A stretch of 64,000 bases of DNA from an uncultured Phycisphaerales bacterium (GCA_963758525.1 CAVWVQ010000003.1:1-64000), one strand, 5' to 3'; counted from the first letter of the stretch, positions 21,128-34,251 are shown. Notes: generated by a model not told the origin, from the letters alone. Numbers and translations: made by a program.

Positions 21128-22621
21128 TCAAATGACCGCCAAACTGCGTGATCTTTTCTTCATCACTTCAGCCACCAGATCGTAAGCCTGATAATCGACG
21201 ATCTTCACGTCGATCAGTTGCGCCGGGATGAAGGTCGGCATTTCGAACATAGGTGACGGAATCGATATCCGGCGCCTGCAGCGCTGCGGGCGACGAAGCC
21301 GTCTTCGGCGTCGCGGCCGGCGGGGCGGTCGATCAGCACTTCGATCGTCTTCCCCTTCATCGACTTGGCTTTGGCGAAGGCGACTTCCTGCTGGGCGAGC
21401 ATCAGTTCTTCGACGCGCTGTTGCTTCACTTCATCGGGGATCTGTCCATCCATCCGGCCCATCGGCGTGCCGGGCTCCGGGCTGTAGGGGAAGACGCCCA
21501 TCATGTCGAAGCCGAAATCCCTGCACGAACTGCACCAGCTCCTCGTGCTGGGCGTCGGTTTCGCCGGGCGATGCCGGCGATGAACGTCGTGCGGATCGCG
21601 ATGCCCGGGACCCATTTGCGCAGCTTGTCGAGCAGCGTCTCGATCTGCTTGCGCGTCACCCGCCGTCGCATCGTCGTCAGCATCGCGTCGTTGATGTGCT
21701 GCAAGCGGCATGTCGATGTACTTCACGACCCGATCGCTCGTCGGCGATCGCGTCGATCATCTCGTCGGTGAAGCAGGACGGGTAGGCGTACATCAGCCGA
21801 AGCCAGTGGACGTCTTTCAGCTCGCGGTCGAGCGTGCGGAGCAGGCCCGACAGGCCGGCGGCGTAGCCGATGTCGGTGCCGTAGCTGGTGGTGTCCTGGC
21901 CGATGAGATTCAGCTCGACCGCGCCGTCGGCGGCGAGTTCCCTGCGCCTCGGCCAGGATCTGCTCGATCGGCTTGGACCGCATCGGCCCGCGGATCGAGG
22001 GGATCGTGCAGAACGCGCAGCCCTGATTGCACCCTTCGCTGATTCGCAGATAGGCGTAATGCCGCGGCGTCAGGCGCAAGGCGGGCGCGGTCGTCTTCGA
22101 AGACGGGCAGGCGATTGGTTTTGGTTTCGCGGACGGACCTGCGGTCGCGCCGCTACGCTCGAATCCACCGAATCCGCTGCCGCGCTAGTTCGCGCGAGAG
22201 ATCGTGATATTTGCCGAGAAAATGCCCGTGCTCCTGCCGGGGATTGTCTTTGCCCGCGGACGGCTTCGACGATGTGCTCGCGATCGAAGACGCCGACCAG
22301 GCGATCGACTGCCGGGCACGTCGTCCAGCAGCTTGGTCTTGTGCCGCTGCACCAGGCAGCCGGCGACGACCACGCGCTGGCAGCGGCCGGTCTTCTTCAT
22401 GCTCGATCGCTTCGCGGATCGCCTGGAGCGATTCGGTCTTGGACGCTTCGAGAAATCCGCAGGTGTTGATGACGATCGCATCGGCCGCGGCCGGCGTCGG
22501 ATGTGACGGCCAGCCCGTCGGCGGCGAGCAGGCCGAGCATCCGCTCGCTGTCCACGAGGTTCTTCGGGCAGCCGAGGCTGACGAACGCTATTGATTTGAT
22601 TTGACGGGCCGCTTTGGCCAT
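21128..22621 (-). CDS. rimO: Ribosomal protein uS12 methylthiotransferase RimO (heavily frameshifted)
   Basis: [37 protein letters not shown] radical-SAM CxxxCxx[17 protein letters not shown]-terminal TRAM. Confidence 0.9.
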
Positions 22622-22701
22622 GACATTCCGCTCTTTCAACAAAACTCTTCCTACGCTATCGGTATGGAGGCGGAAAGTAAAACCTTGAGGTACAGGAAAC
22701 G

Positions 22702-23491
22702 ATGATGTCCAACGCCAGGCCCACTACCGAACACGACCGAATCATTGTCGATCAGTTCACCCGCATGGCTGCGCCTTTTGCCCAGATGCCGGCACATTCG
22801 GAACAGGCGTCCCTTCGCCTCCTCGGCGAGGTCGCGGCAATCGGGCGCGAGGATCGCGTGCTGGATGTCTGTTGCGGCCCCGGAATCGTCGCCTGCGCTG
22901 TGGCGCCGGACGCCGGTCATGTAACAGGCATTGATCTTACCCCGGCGATGATCGATCAGGCCGGTCTGCTCCAACGAAAGAAGGGGCTGACGAACCTCGC
23001 CTGGGAGATCGGCAACGTGACGGCGCTTCCGTTTCCGGAGGGCGCGTTCTCGGTTGCGCTCAGCCGCTATGCCTTCCATCACCTGCTCGATCCATCGCGT
23101 GTCCTGGCCGAAATGGCCCGCGTTTGCGATCCAGGCGGGCGAGTTGTCATAACGGATGTTTTCGTCACGAGCGCCGATCAGGGCGCCGCGTATGACCGGG
23201 TCGAAAAACTGCGTGATCCCTCGCATGTGCGAGCGCTTCGCCTCGAAGAACTTCAAACGATGTTCACAAGTGCCGGGCTGGAGCTCACGGCGCACGGAAT
23301 TCTATCGCCTCGCGGTGGACCTCGACTCGATTCTCACCGCCTCGCGCACGCCTTCGGACGCCGCGGAACAAGTCCGTCGGCTCGTGGGCGCCGACATCGG
23401 CAGGAACAAAACAGGGTTTGAGCCCGAACATGCCGGCTCTGGGATTCGGTTCTCATTTCCCGTTGTGATCCTCGCGGGGAAGAAGAGCTGA
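22702..23491 (+). CDS. Class I SAM-dependent methyltransferase, C-terminal frameshift
   Basis: VLDVCCGPG, GIDLT, LPF, AFHH, RDPSH. Confidence 0.9.
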
Positions 23492-23572
23492 TCACCGGTT
23501 CTTTTGGCCCGGCATCCGAACGTGGCAGGGCGTCTGGCCGATGTCAATGCGTTAGCGGTTTGCTCTGCGACT

Positions 23573-24027
23573 TCACAACCCCTGTTCCTGCAATCGTTGA
23601 AGCCGCGCCGTGCGACCGAGCGCATCAACGACCAGGACGCGGGGCTGAGGTTTGCCAAGGATATGCGTGGCGGGAGCGTAGACGAAAACGTACATCTGGT
23701 CGGCGGTGTAAATTGCGATCGGCTTGCCCCAGTTGGTCAGATTGTTGCCGGCCAGGATCTGATTGGCCTGCGCGATCACGGAAGTCGGCACGGCCAGCAA
23801 AGCGATCTGCTCAGCGCCCTGCAAGACCGTCTGCGCCGCCTGGGCACTCGTTTGCGCCGTGGTTTGGGCGGCGCTGGTCGCCGCCTGCGCGGTGGTTTGG
23901 GCGGCGTCAACCGATGTCTGGGCGGCCTGGGCCGCCACCATCTGCTGACATCCCGAGTTCAATGTGCAAAGGGATGCGCCGAAAAACAGGGCGCTCGCCG
24001 CGTGAATGAGCGCGGGTATCGTCTGTA
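23573..24027 (-). CDS. Putative lipoprotein with Ala/Gln/Thr-rich repeats
   Basis: Lipobox-like NSGC followed by (AAQTT/AQAA) repeats and a globular C-terminus. Confidence 0.5.
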
Positions 24028-24176
24028 AGCCCGAGCGGGTCAGGCGTAGAACCGATTGGGGCAAGAGGTCTCCGTCAACATCCGAACGACTTACCGCCAA
24101 GGTATCCATTTCACGGCCAAAATGCAATTTTTTGGACAAATCCGTTCGCCTTCGTATGCCAGACGTTCCTCGATTG

Positions 24177-25965
24177 TCATGCGATCTGCTTCAGTCGGTT
24201 TGCCTTGCTGGCCCGCTGAATACCCGGAACGACGTATTCTCGCGCGACTGCGTCCCAGCTCATCTTGTTCGCCAGTGCAAAGCCGCGCTCGATGTATTTC
24301 TCGAATTCAGCGGGGTTGCGCGGGAGGCGCTCGAAAAGTTCGGCCGCCACTTTTTCCGCCACGACGTGCTCGATCTGATCTCGCTCGGCCTGGCCGATGT
24401 TCATGAGCTGCTCGGGGCGCAGGGCTTTGTCGGGAAGGTCGGTGTAATCGGCGACGATCACATTGGGCGTCGGCGCCGCCGGCGGCTTTCTCGACGAAAC
24501 CGGCGCAGCCGCAGACGTTGGTGAAGACGCAGATCCCGCCGAAGCTGATCGGCTCGACCTGGGCGATGCCGAACGGCTCGTAGATGCTCTGGCCGAACTC
24601 GGCGTCGGAGCCTTTGCGGATGTCCATGAATTCCATGTCGGCCGGCATGCGGTTGCCGCAGAGCTTCTGCTCGAAGCCGAACTGGTTGATGAAGACGACT
24701 TTGACGTTCCGGCTCTGGGCGTTGAACTCCTGCACGCCCTGGTAGTACGCGGCTTCGCCGCCGGACAGATCGGGCAGGCCTTCGCGATGGGCGACCGGCC
24801 AGTGGTAGGCGTGCTTCCATCCGGCGGATGTCGTCGCGCCGGCGCGCGGGGACTTCGGTGCTCAGCGTGAACAGCACGGCCGTCTCGTTGCGCTGCCGCA
24901 GGCAGCTGCTCGACGATGCTCCAGCACGCGCAGGTCGCGCCACAGCCCTTTGCTGGGGACCAGCCGCGTGACGTGGGTGAAGACATAATCCGGCTCGAAT
25001 TTCAGCAGCGTTTTGCAATAGCTGCCGCAGCTTGTTGCGGCTGGCCATCTTCTCATCGACGCTGATCTTCCAGCAGCGGCACGCCGTTGTAGGCGACCTG
25101 CGCATCGACGTGGACGAAATCCGGCCCGAGGAAGCGGATTTCCTTCAGCGTGTAATCGCCGACGGCGAAGATGCCGTCGCAGATAGCGGGCGGCCTTCAC
25201 CAGCGCGTGCTTGTAGAAGTCGCTCTGGTCGCCGAACACGTCGTCGACGTAATGTCCCTGCGGTCATGGCGGCGCGCATCACGTTGTAAAACATCGTGTC
25301 GTGGCCGGGATGGCCCTCGACGATCCGGCGCATCGTCGCGCACTTCGTGGGCGTAGAAGATCGTGCGGAAGTTGGCCGCGTCTCCTTCCAGGATGGCCGC
25401 CAGCGCGGTCGGCATGCCCATGTATTCGTGGCGAGAGGATCACGCACGGCTCGGCCGCGCTGGCCGCGCCGAGCGCGTGCAGCGCCGCGATGGCCGGCTG
25501 CGGCCAGCCGCATGTACTGCTCGAAATCCCAGATGTGTTCGTACTTGCCGCTTTCGATGCCGAACGTTTCCCAGAGCGCGAATTTGAACGCGCCGATCTT
25601 CGCCGCGTCGTAGCGGCTCGACGTCGATCAGCAGCACTTCCGGCGTGCTGATCGACGCCGGTGTCCTTGTCGACGAATCGCCGCCGGCCGTAGACGATGC
25701 CGACGTCGAACGTCTGCTCGATCTCGCGGAACCGCGCGGCCAGCGGCGAGCGATAGAGGCTGATCCAGGCTGCTGTAGAGCACTTCGCCCGTCGGCGCCG
25801 AGGCGCTGCTCGCCGTGTTCGTCGCTCGGCCAGAACGGGCCGACGAGGATGTTGCGCGGACGCTGGGCCGAGATAGACCTTGCTGGTCAGCAGCCCCTGC
25901 AGGACCGCGCCGATGCCGCCGATTTTTTGAATCGCCTCGTGCGTGACGTGAACGACTGTTTGCAT
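24177..25965 (-). CDS. GT-B glycosyltransferase, glycogen synthase-like (heavily frameshifted)
   Basis: HEAIQKIGGIGAV, HEYMGMP, TIFYAHE, SIYEPFGIAQVEP, SWDAVAREY across frames. Confidence 0.7.
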
Positions 25966-26117
25966 GATGGGCTTCTTTCCTGAGGATTAAAGCCGCGCCG
26001 CGGCGGAGTATCGAGCCGGCGTTGAGCGAGCGACTTACACTGGTCGGCAACGGTCTAACAACGCGCTATTCGCGCGTCAATTGCCGGTGGACACGATTCG
26101 ACTACGATTGCGCCGGC

Positions 26118-27001
26118 ATGGCCCGCACGCGCACAGGATCATTTCCTATTGGATTTCGCCGTCTTCGAAGCGACTGGCAGCAGGACCTCGACCGGCTCAT
26201 TGAATTCGCGCGAGAAATGATTTTCCACTGGTGGATGTGGGACCGGTCGCGGCGGCGGATTTGCGACGCCTTCTCAAAGCCGGGATTGCCATCGGTTCGG
26301 TGGATCTGCTGCGGTGGACGGACCTGGCGTCACCGGATCCCGCGAAGCGCGCGGATGCTGTCCAAGCCAATGTGCGGCACGTGCGCAGCACAGTGGAACT
26401 GGGCGTTACACTGTTTATGGCCGTGATGTTGCCGGAGGAGATGGCGTGCCCCCGATCCGAAAATTTTCAGTTTGCCGTGGATGGATGGGGAAAACTGACG
26501 CGGGCGATCGAGCCCATCGGTGTGCGCATTGCGTTGGAAGGATGGCCCGGACCGCCGCCGCATTTTGCGGCGTTTGCCTGTACGCCCGCCGATTGCCGGG
26601 CAGTTTTCGATTCGATCGGATCTGAATCGCTCGGCATCAACTACGATCCGTCACATCTGGTCCGCATGGGGATCGAGCCGCTTCGGTTCCTGAAAGAGTA
26701 TGCGTCGCGCGTTTTTCATGTTCACGCAAAGGACACCGCGATGTTCGAAGAGGGGCGCTATCAACATGGCACGCTGCAATGCGCCACTTTCGTTCAGCCG
26801 CCACGATGGAGCGGGCATTTCTGGCGCTACGTCCTTCCGGGTCGTGGCGTGATTCAGTGGGAGCAAATACTTAAACATCTTGTCGAGAGCGGATACGGCG
26901 GAGCCATCAGTATCGAATTGGAAGATATGGATTATTTCGGCAGCGAGTTGGGGGAAAAGAGCGGATTGATCGAGGCGAGGAATTTTCTGACAGGGATTTG
27001 A
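26118..27001 (+). CDS. Sugar phosphate isomerase/epimerase (xylose isomerase-like TIM barrel), one frameshift
   Basis: IALEGWP, GINYDPSH, HVHAKD, ISIELED. Confidence 0.88.
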
Positions 27002-27282
27002 ACGAATCAGGGCATCGATCTTTCGAATTGAATGACAGAGATCACTGAGGGGCACGGCGATTACCGAGAAGCAGCAGTAGGGGGTTGGATCGCTCATCCG
27101 GCGCAATGGCGCGCTTTTTCACTGCCGCCTGGGGGCTGAACAATCGGACGTTGGGCGCCCCGTGCGGAGAAAAAAGCACCGCATCCTGAATTGCGGCATT
27201 CAGAACCGCTCACCCATCAGAAACTCGGAAATGTGAGGGAGCCGTCCCAACATAACAATGATGATGAGTGACGGATGTGAAC

Positions 27283-27316
27283 AAAAAAAGCCCGGTCTCT
27301 TTCGAGACCGGGCTTT
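27283..27316 (-). terminator. Intrinsic terminator downstream of the 16S gene
   Basis: Minus strand AAAGCCCGGTCTC-GAAA-GAGACCGGGCTTT followed by a T tract. Confidence 0.85.
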
Positions 27317-27446
27317 CGCTTAATCAAGTGAATCGGAAGCCGTCCCGCAATGTCGCCATTACGATCCCGCTTCGGTTTCCCGAAGCGACGAGGCTGTGCT
27401 GACAAGATTTTTTGGCAGATCGCTCTGACAAAATTTCAAAGATTGA

Positions 27447-27469
27447 TCTTTGACAAGTGAATAGTCGGA
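27447..27469 (-). other. 3' arm of the 16S processing stem
   Basis: Exact 23-nt reverse complement of 29590-29612. Confidence 0.8.
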
Positions 27470-27585
27470 AACCATTCGGCGACGTCGCCGTCGCAAAACA
27501 TATCTACCGAGTGAACGACAGATTGAACGAGGTTGTGCTGACAAGTTTATCTCATAGTTTGCACTATGGGAGATTCTAAGAAATC

Positions 27586-29095
<1,510 letters not shown>

Positions 29096-29589
29096 TATTT
29101 CTAGGCACGACACTCTCCTCATGCCGGATGTGGATCCCAAACCCAAAATTTCAAATTGAAATCTCAGATCTGAGACTTGACCCGGACTGACAGTTTCAAG
29201 GCCGTGTTTATCCACGAAATGAGTTTGTCCACCTCGCGAATTAAGACAACTCGCGAGGCTGTTACTGCCCACTGGCCGGCAAAGACCAGCGGGTCAGCCC
29301 GATCGATTCTCGCTTGCGCTTGAACCGATCGAGATTGCAAGGCTCAAACATTCTTCGATGGCTTTAGCTCCCGGCAATAAGACTATCACCGGGAACCGTA
29401 TACTCAAACTTATGATCAAGGAAGATCACTTTACTTGCGTGCACCACGAAGACGTTTGAGATTGACTCGACAGGCCTGAAACCAACCCCTTTCTTGCGAT
29501 CAGGGCGAGTCCCAAACTTTGCCGAGCTTCGTATCAAATCATCTGGACAACTCTGTACACAGAGCTTCCAGACACACATCCTCGCGGCG

Positions 29590-29615
29590 TCCGACTATTC
29601 ACTTGTCAAAGAGCA
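29590..29615 (-). promoter_or_regulatory. boxA-like antitermination site / 5' arm of the processing stem
   Basis: TGCTCTTTGACAAGTGAATAGTCGGA on the minus strand. Confidence 0.75.
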
Positions 29616-29718
29616 ACAAACTGCAAGATCAACCTGCATACGTCAACGACCACTTTCGTCATCGCCGGCGTCAATTTTCTGCCCATCCGGAAGACTCAGG
29701 CTCCGTCAGGGAGGGGGG

Positions 29719-29746
29719 ATGGTAGCGACCATTCCGTCCTTGTCAA
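29719..29746 (-). promoter_or_regulatory. Sigma70-type rRNA promoter (proximal)
   Basis: TTGACA-16 nt-TACCAT. Confidence 0.75.
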
Positions 29747-30020
29747 CTGGCGGCCTCACACAAAACAGGCCGCATCTTTTTCGTTCGCTCACAACCCGGC
29801 CAACAGCAGAAACGCGTCGCAAAAAGCGACCGCCATCGGAAAAATCCGACGGTGGACCTTCGCGACAGGCGTACTCCAAAAGAGTGGCAGCCTGTCAATT
29901 GGATTCGCCAGCACTTCTAAAAGAGTGTTGCAAACCGCAATACGCGACCCGAATCGTCTCTAACCGCTGCAGTTCAGTCACCGCAGCCGATCCGGGCCTC
30001 TGGTAGGTGAACGAGGAGAT

Positions 30021-30049
30021 AATATGCACTGCGACCCCAACATTGTCAA
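30021..30049 (-). promoter_or_regulatory. Sigma70-type rRNA promoter (distal)
   Basis: TTGACA-17 nt-CATATT. Confidence 0.55.
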
Positions 30050-30176
30050 TCCCGAGGAAAGATTTTTCCATTGCGGGGTTGCAAGTGCTTTGTGGAATTG
30101 GCGATAGGAGGCGCATTTTATTTGGTCCGCGAAGGGTAAACCACTGCGAAGATTGGTCCGGAAAATCGAAGTAGCG

Positions 30177-31445
30177 TTAAAACGGCGTTGGAATTCCCAG
30201 AAGCCTGAAACGCAGCAGGGCCAGCGCCATTTTCGCGGCCCGGTCGCGCACCATTTCGCGATCGCCCGCGAGGAGAAAACGGCGCGCGAAATCTCCGTCG
30301 GCAGCCGCCAGTCCGATCCAAGTCGTACCGACTGGCTTTTCCTCGCTGCCACCATCGGGACCGGCCACCCCGCTGATTGCCAGCGCATAGGTCGCCCCCG
30401 CCTGCTCGCGGGCGCACTGTGCCATCGCCAACACAACGGGTTCGCTCACGGCCCCGTGCAGGTTCAATATTTCCTCGCTCACCCCCAGCAGTTTCTGCTT
30501 TGCTTCGTTTGCGTAGGTCACCCAGCCATAGGAGAAATAGCTCGATGACCCAGGAATGTCGGTGAGCATTTTTGCAAGCAGTCCGCCGGTGCATGACTCA
30601 GCGGTGGCGACGGTTCCCTTTCCCTTCAAAAGCGCCCCCACCACTCCCTGCAGCGTCTGCGCGTCCTCCCCGAAAATGATGTTGCCCAACGCTTCGTAAC
30701 ACGCGCGGCTCGTCTGCTCAATTTGCTGCAAAGCCTCCGCCGGGGAGATGAACCGCGCATTGACGCGCAAAGAGACAATACCTCCGGAAACCGTCGTGCC
30801 GACCGAAGGGTTACGATCGCGGCGCATCAGCGGACCCAGCTTTTCCGCGACATGGCTCTCGCCCAGCCCAAAGGTGTGGAGCGTTCGGGAAAGGATGACC
30901 GCCCCCCCGCCAGCCGACCGCATGTTCGGGAGCACATGCCCCTCGAACATCCGCTTCATTTCCTTCGGGACGCCCGGAAGGACGAAAATTCGACAAGCTG
31001 AGTCAGTCCCCGCCCCGCGTGAAAGCCGCGCGTCGATGCCGAGCGCCGTTCCCGCGTCATTGTGAATTGGCAACGCGCCGCGCGGGATCATCGCCTGAAT
31101 CTGATTCGACGCCGGCATCTCACGGCCGCGCGAGCGGAAAAATTTCCGTAACTCATCGAGCCAACCTTGGTGAAGCTCGAGCGGCTCGCGCAATACCGCG
31201 GCAAGCGCCTGGCGCGTGAGATCATCCTCCGTCGGCCCCAAACCGCCCGAGACAATCAGCCAATCGCAATGGGCAGACGCGTCCGCGATGGCGCGTTCGA
31301 TCTCCTTCTGGTCATCCGGCACCGTGACATGTGCCAGGACTGCGACGCCGATGCGTGCCAATTGCTGACTGAGCCAGGCCGAATTGGTGTCGACGGTCTG
31401 GCCGAGAACCAGCTCGTCGCCGATGGAAAGGATGATTGCCTGCAT
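30177..31445 (-). CDS. cinA: Competence/damage-inducible protein A (CinA, MocF plus PncC/NMN deamidase)
   Basis: IGDELVLGQTVDTN, GGLGPTEDDLT, LPGVPKEM, AESCTGG, SGVAGPDGG. Confidence 0.95.
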   Translation of the reverse strand: MQAIILSIGDELVLGQTVDTNSAWLSQQLARIGVAVLAHVTVPDDQKEIERAIADASAHCDWLIVSGGLGPTEDDLTRQALAAVLREPLELHQGWLDELRKFFRSRGREMPASNQIQAMIPRGALPIHNDAGTALGIDARLSRGAGTDSACRIFVLPGVPKEMKRMFEGHVLPNMRSAGGGAVILSRTLHTFGLGESHVAEKLGPLMRRDRNPSVGTTVSGGIVSLRVNARFISPAEALQQIEQTSRACYEALGNIIFGEDAQTLQGVVGALLKGKGTVATAESCTGGLLAKMLTDIPGSSSYFSYGWVTYANEAKQKLLGVSEEILNLHGAVSEPVVLAMAQCAREQAGATYALAISGVAGPDGGSEEKPVGTTWIGLAAADGDFARRFLLAGDREMVRDRAAKMALALLRFRLLGIPTPF

Positions 31446-31522
31446 TGTTATTTATTGGTATTGCAAAGATCATTGCGAATTAGCTACGGACCCGGTCGCC
31501 GTCATTGGCGGATCTCCCGCGA

Positions 31523-31900
31523 TCAGTGGGGCTCGTGGTGGAAGTCGACTTTTATCGCTACGCCGCCTCGAAATCCAATGCAGCAGTCACCTGCCCATGG
31601 GTCCTCATAGCAGAAATAACGGTCCACGATACCGTAGGAGCTACCGTCGCCCAAGGTGTCGCACACCGGCTTACCGAGAACGGTGGTAACCTGCTGCGGC
31701 GTCTTTCCGATGAGATTCAGTGCGTTAATCTGCCGCTCGAATCTGGCGTTTTCCCTAGACGTAAAATAGTGGGTGATGCAAGCGACGGTGACGATCCCGC
31801 TGACAGTGATCCCCACGGCAATTAGCAAGAAAAGCTTAGCGCGCCGAAGCCAACGCTTTGTCGAATGGGCTTTCTGAATGGGTTCGTATTCGAGTGTCAT
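31523..31900 (-). CDS. Hypothetical single-TM protein (SmpA/BamE-like C-terminus possible)
   Basis: MTLEYE lead-in, TM helix, LIGKTPQQVTTVLGKP. Confidence 0.5.
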   Translation of the reverse strand: MTLEYEPIQKAHSTKRWLRRAKLFLLIAVGITVSGIVTVACITHYFTSRENARFERQINALNLIGKTPQQVTTVLGKPVCDTLGDGSSYGIVDRYFCYEDPWAGDCCIGFRGGVAIKVDFHHEPH

Positions 31901-31971
31901 GGTCAAACTTGAGCAGGACGAGAGTGTCGCCCTCATCCTTTTCGACGCGATCGCGCGAACCTCGCGGTCAT

Positions 31972-34248
31972 CTATCCCTTCGCGACGGGGACATGCCCCA
32001 AGCTGCTATTCAACTGACTCAATACCGTCTCCAGTCGCTTGCGCTGTCCGATACTCAGCTCGGCACCCCCGTAGCGCACGCGGTAGAACAGCTTGGTTAG
32101 ACGATTGATAGTATCGTACACGTCGCTTGGGAGAAACAGAAGTGATTCGACGAATTCGAGCGGTGTTAGATAGTTTGGACGGGTGAGGTTGTGTCGGCCG
32201 AGCAGCAGGATGAGGTGATCATAGAACGCAAGTTGGCGCGCCAGCCGCTCTTGCTCTGCAGCGGGTAAGCCGTCGATCCCGATACGATGTGCTCTGCGTC
32301 GAAGTCGCCACTTTTCCCAGAAAAAACCCACGAAAGCAGCAAACATGGCGGCCAGCATCAGCCAGACGAACGCGCCAAGGACATTGGAGCTGATATTCCA
32401 AAATCGGACGGTGTGCGCCGCATCGCCGAGCTGGCCCAACAGGCCGTGCGAGGTGGATGACGCATGATACATGGCCGATTCGGTGGACTGCAGGATATTT
32501 TGCCGATCTTCGTTGTCGTAGGCGATCACATGGCTCGCATAGGTGAACTCAAGAAAGTCGGCGACATGAACCACGCTCTGCCACAGCCCCCCTTTGGCGC
32601 GCGTTGCCAGGTCGGCGGGCGTTCCACTGGTGGGATCGAAGCTCTTCCATCCATCTGACGTCCGCACTTCGACCCATGAATGCGCGTGCGATTGCCGCAC
32701 GATGAACTGCCCGTCTACCGCGTTGTATTCGTCGCATTTGAAGCCGACGACCATCCGCGCCTGCATTCCCAGGCTCTGGCACATCAGGGTCATCGCTCCG
32801 GCGAAATACTCGCAATGCCCCCGCTTGAGATCGTAGAGAAACGCAACCAGCGGGTCGCGCCCCTCGATCTGCTTTGCGTCGGTCAGATCCAGCGTGTAGG
32901 TGAAGTTGGTGCGCAGATACGTTTCGATATGCGAGGCGATTTCACCGTCGAGCGGATCGACATCGTTGGGGAAATGCGTGCGCTGGCTCGCGAGCGAGCC
33001 GCGGGCATTGCTGCCGCAGACCTCGGGCCGGCTGGCAAACGCCAGGATCTGCGGGTCGGCGAGCCAGTTGGCAGGCGTCGATACATTGGCGTCGGTAGGC
33101 GGCTCGAGATTGTTCGAGGAAAGGACCTCATATTCCAGCGGCTCCATCAGCGCGCCGCTAGACCGCAACGTTCCGCTTGCCGGTGAATAGTCGATGCGCG
33201 TCGGGCGGTGGGTTGCGATCGAAAACGGGCCGGCCAGTGCGAACAAGACGTTGGTTCCCGTCGGCCGAAGGGTCACCTTTTGCCGCCAGACGTCGGCCCC
33301 CTCGGCCGGGCTGTCGCGCAGCTTCGCCGCCTCGTCAGCGCCGCTGGTGTACGATTCCTCTTCATCGTGGACGTGCTCCCACTCCCATTTACGTCGCATC
33401 GGATTGGGCGAATTTCCCTCGTATCGTTCCAGGGTCAATCCGCGGAGCAGGAGCGTCTGCCCTCCCTTCACGGGGCGGTCGTTGTGCCAAACCTGGACAT
33501 ATCCGACGATTTCGTTGCTCTGGGTGATGCGGGCGACCTGCTGAAAGCTGACTTCCGTGCTGAAGCCCGTCAGCGCCGGTTCTGCCCCGAGCTGCCTTTG
33601 TCCCAGAAAGCTCTCGCCGGTGGGGCGCGGACAGAAGAGGAAGACCACAACGGCAAAAAAGATCGCCACCGACGCGACGAGTAACGTGATGCGTCGCATG
33701 GACCGGCTCATGTAGCGCTGGTCCTGGCGAAGCGTGGCCGGGTTGAGCTTCTCCGTCGGGATGGAGAGCGCCGCCTTGGCGAGGTCCGCTTCGGTTTTAA
33801 GATAAAACAGAAGGCAGCAATACAGGGAGAGAAAAAGATAGACGATCAAGAGCAGCCCGAAGGCAAGGCTCGCGGTATTGATCGACGCGGCCACGACCAG
33901 AAGCAGGCCGAGCACCAGCAACTGTGCGTAATCACGATTGCCGCGCTGCTCGTAAAGCTTCACCAGCTGCAAAAGGACGATGTATTGGCCGATCCAGACC
34001 ACTTCGTCAGTCATTGCCGCCCCCCGGCTCTGCAGCAACACCCACGGCACGCCCGCCAGCAGGATGAGATTTGAAATCCAGCGCGAGATCGGCTGAAAAC
34101 GACCGGTCTTGACGAGCCAGGCGTTAAAGAGCGTCGCGGTCCACCCGATGACAAGGATACCCGGTGAGTTTACCGCCAGCGCGAAGCCCGCCATTCCCAT
34201 CAGCAGGAGAACGTAGAGCGCGGGTTTGAACTGGCGGATGTCGTACAT
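31972..34248 (-). CDS. DUF3488/transglutaminase-like (TgpA) membrane protein
   Basis: N-terminal TMs; GHCEYFA, ARMVVGF, HAHSWVEV, FDPT catalytic motifs. Confidence 0.92.
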   Translation of the reverse strand: MYDIRQFKPALYVLLLMGMAGFALAVNSPGILVIGWTATLFNAWLVKTGRFQPISRWISNLILLAGVPWVLLQSRGAAMTDEVVWIGQYIVLLQLVKLYEQRGNRDYAQLLVLGLLLVVAASINTASLAFGLLLIVYLFLSLYCCLLFYLKTEADLAKAALSIPTEKLNPATLRQDQRYMSRSMRRITLLVASVAIFFAVVVFLFCPRPTGESFLGQRQLGAEPALTGFSTEVSFQQVARITQSNEIVGYVQVWHNDRPVKGGQTLLLRGLTLERYEGNSPNPMRRKWEWEHVHDEEESYTSGADEAAKLRDSPAEGADVWRQKVTLRPTGTNVLFALAGPFSIATHRPTRIDYSPASGTLRSSGALMEPLEYEVLSSNNLEPPTDANVSTPANWLADPQILAFASRPEVCGSNARGSLASQRTHFPNDVDPLDGEIASHIETYLRTNFTYTLDLTDAKQIEGRDPLVAFLYDLKRGHCEYFAGAMTLMCQSLGMQARMVVGFKCDEYNAVDGQFIVRQSHAHSWVEVRTSDGWKSFDPTSGTPADLATRAKGGLWQSVVHVADFLEFTYASHVIAYDNEDRQNILQSTESAMYHASSTSHGLLGQLGDAAHTVRFWNISSNVLGAFVWLMLAAMFAAFVGFFWEKWRLRRRAHRIGIDGLPAAEQERLARQLAFYDHLILLLGRHNLTRPNYLTPLEFVESLLFLPSDVYDTINRLTKLFYRVRYGGAELSIGQRKRLETVLSQLNSSLGHVPVAKG

Positions 34249-34251
34249 GAC

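Noticed and set aside
21128..25965. Dense frameshifts in rimO and the glycosyltransferase (and many other genes) as pseudogenisation or programmed frameshifting
   Set aside because: Single-base indels also hit genes such as coaB and moxR while motifs stay intact. This is most consistent with long-read consensus errors; it needs read polishing to settle.
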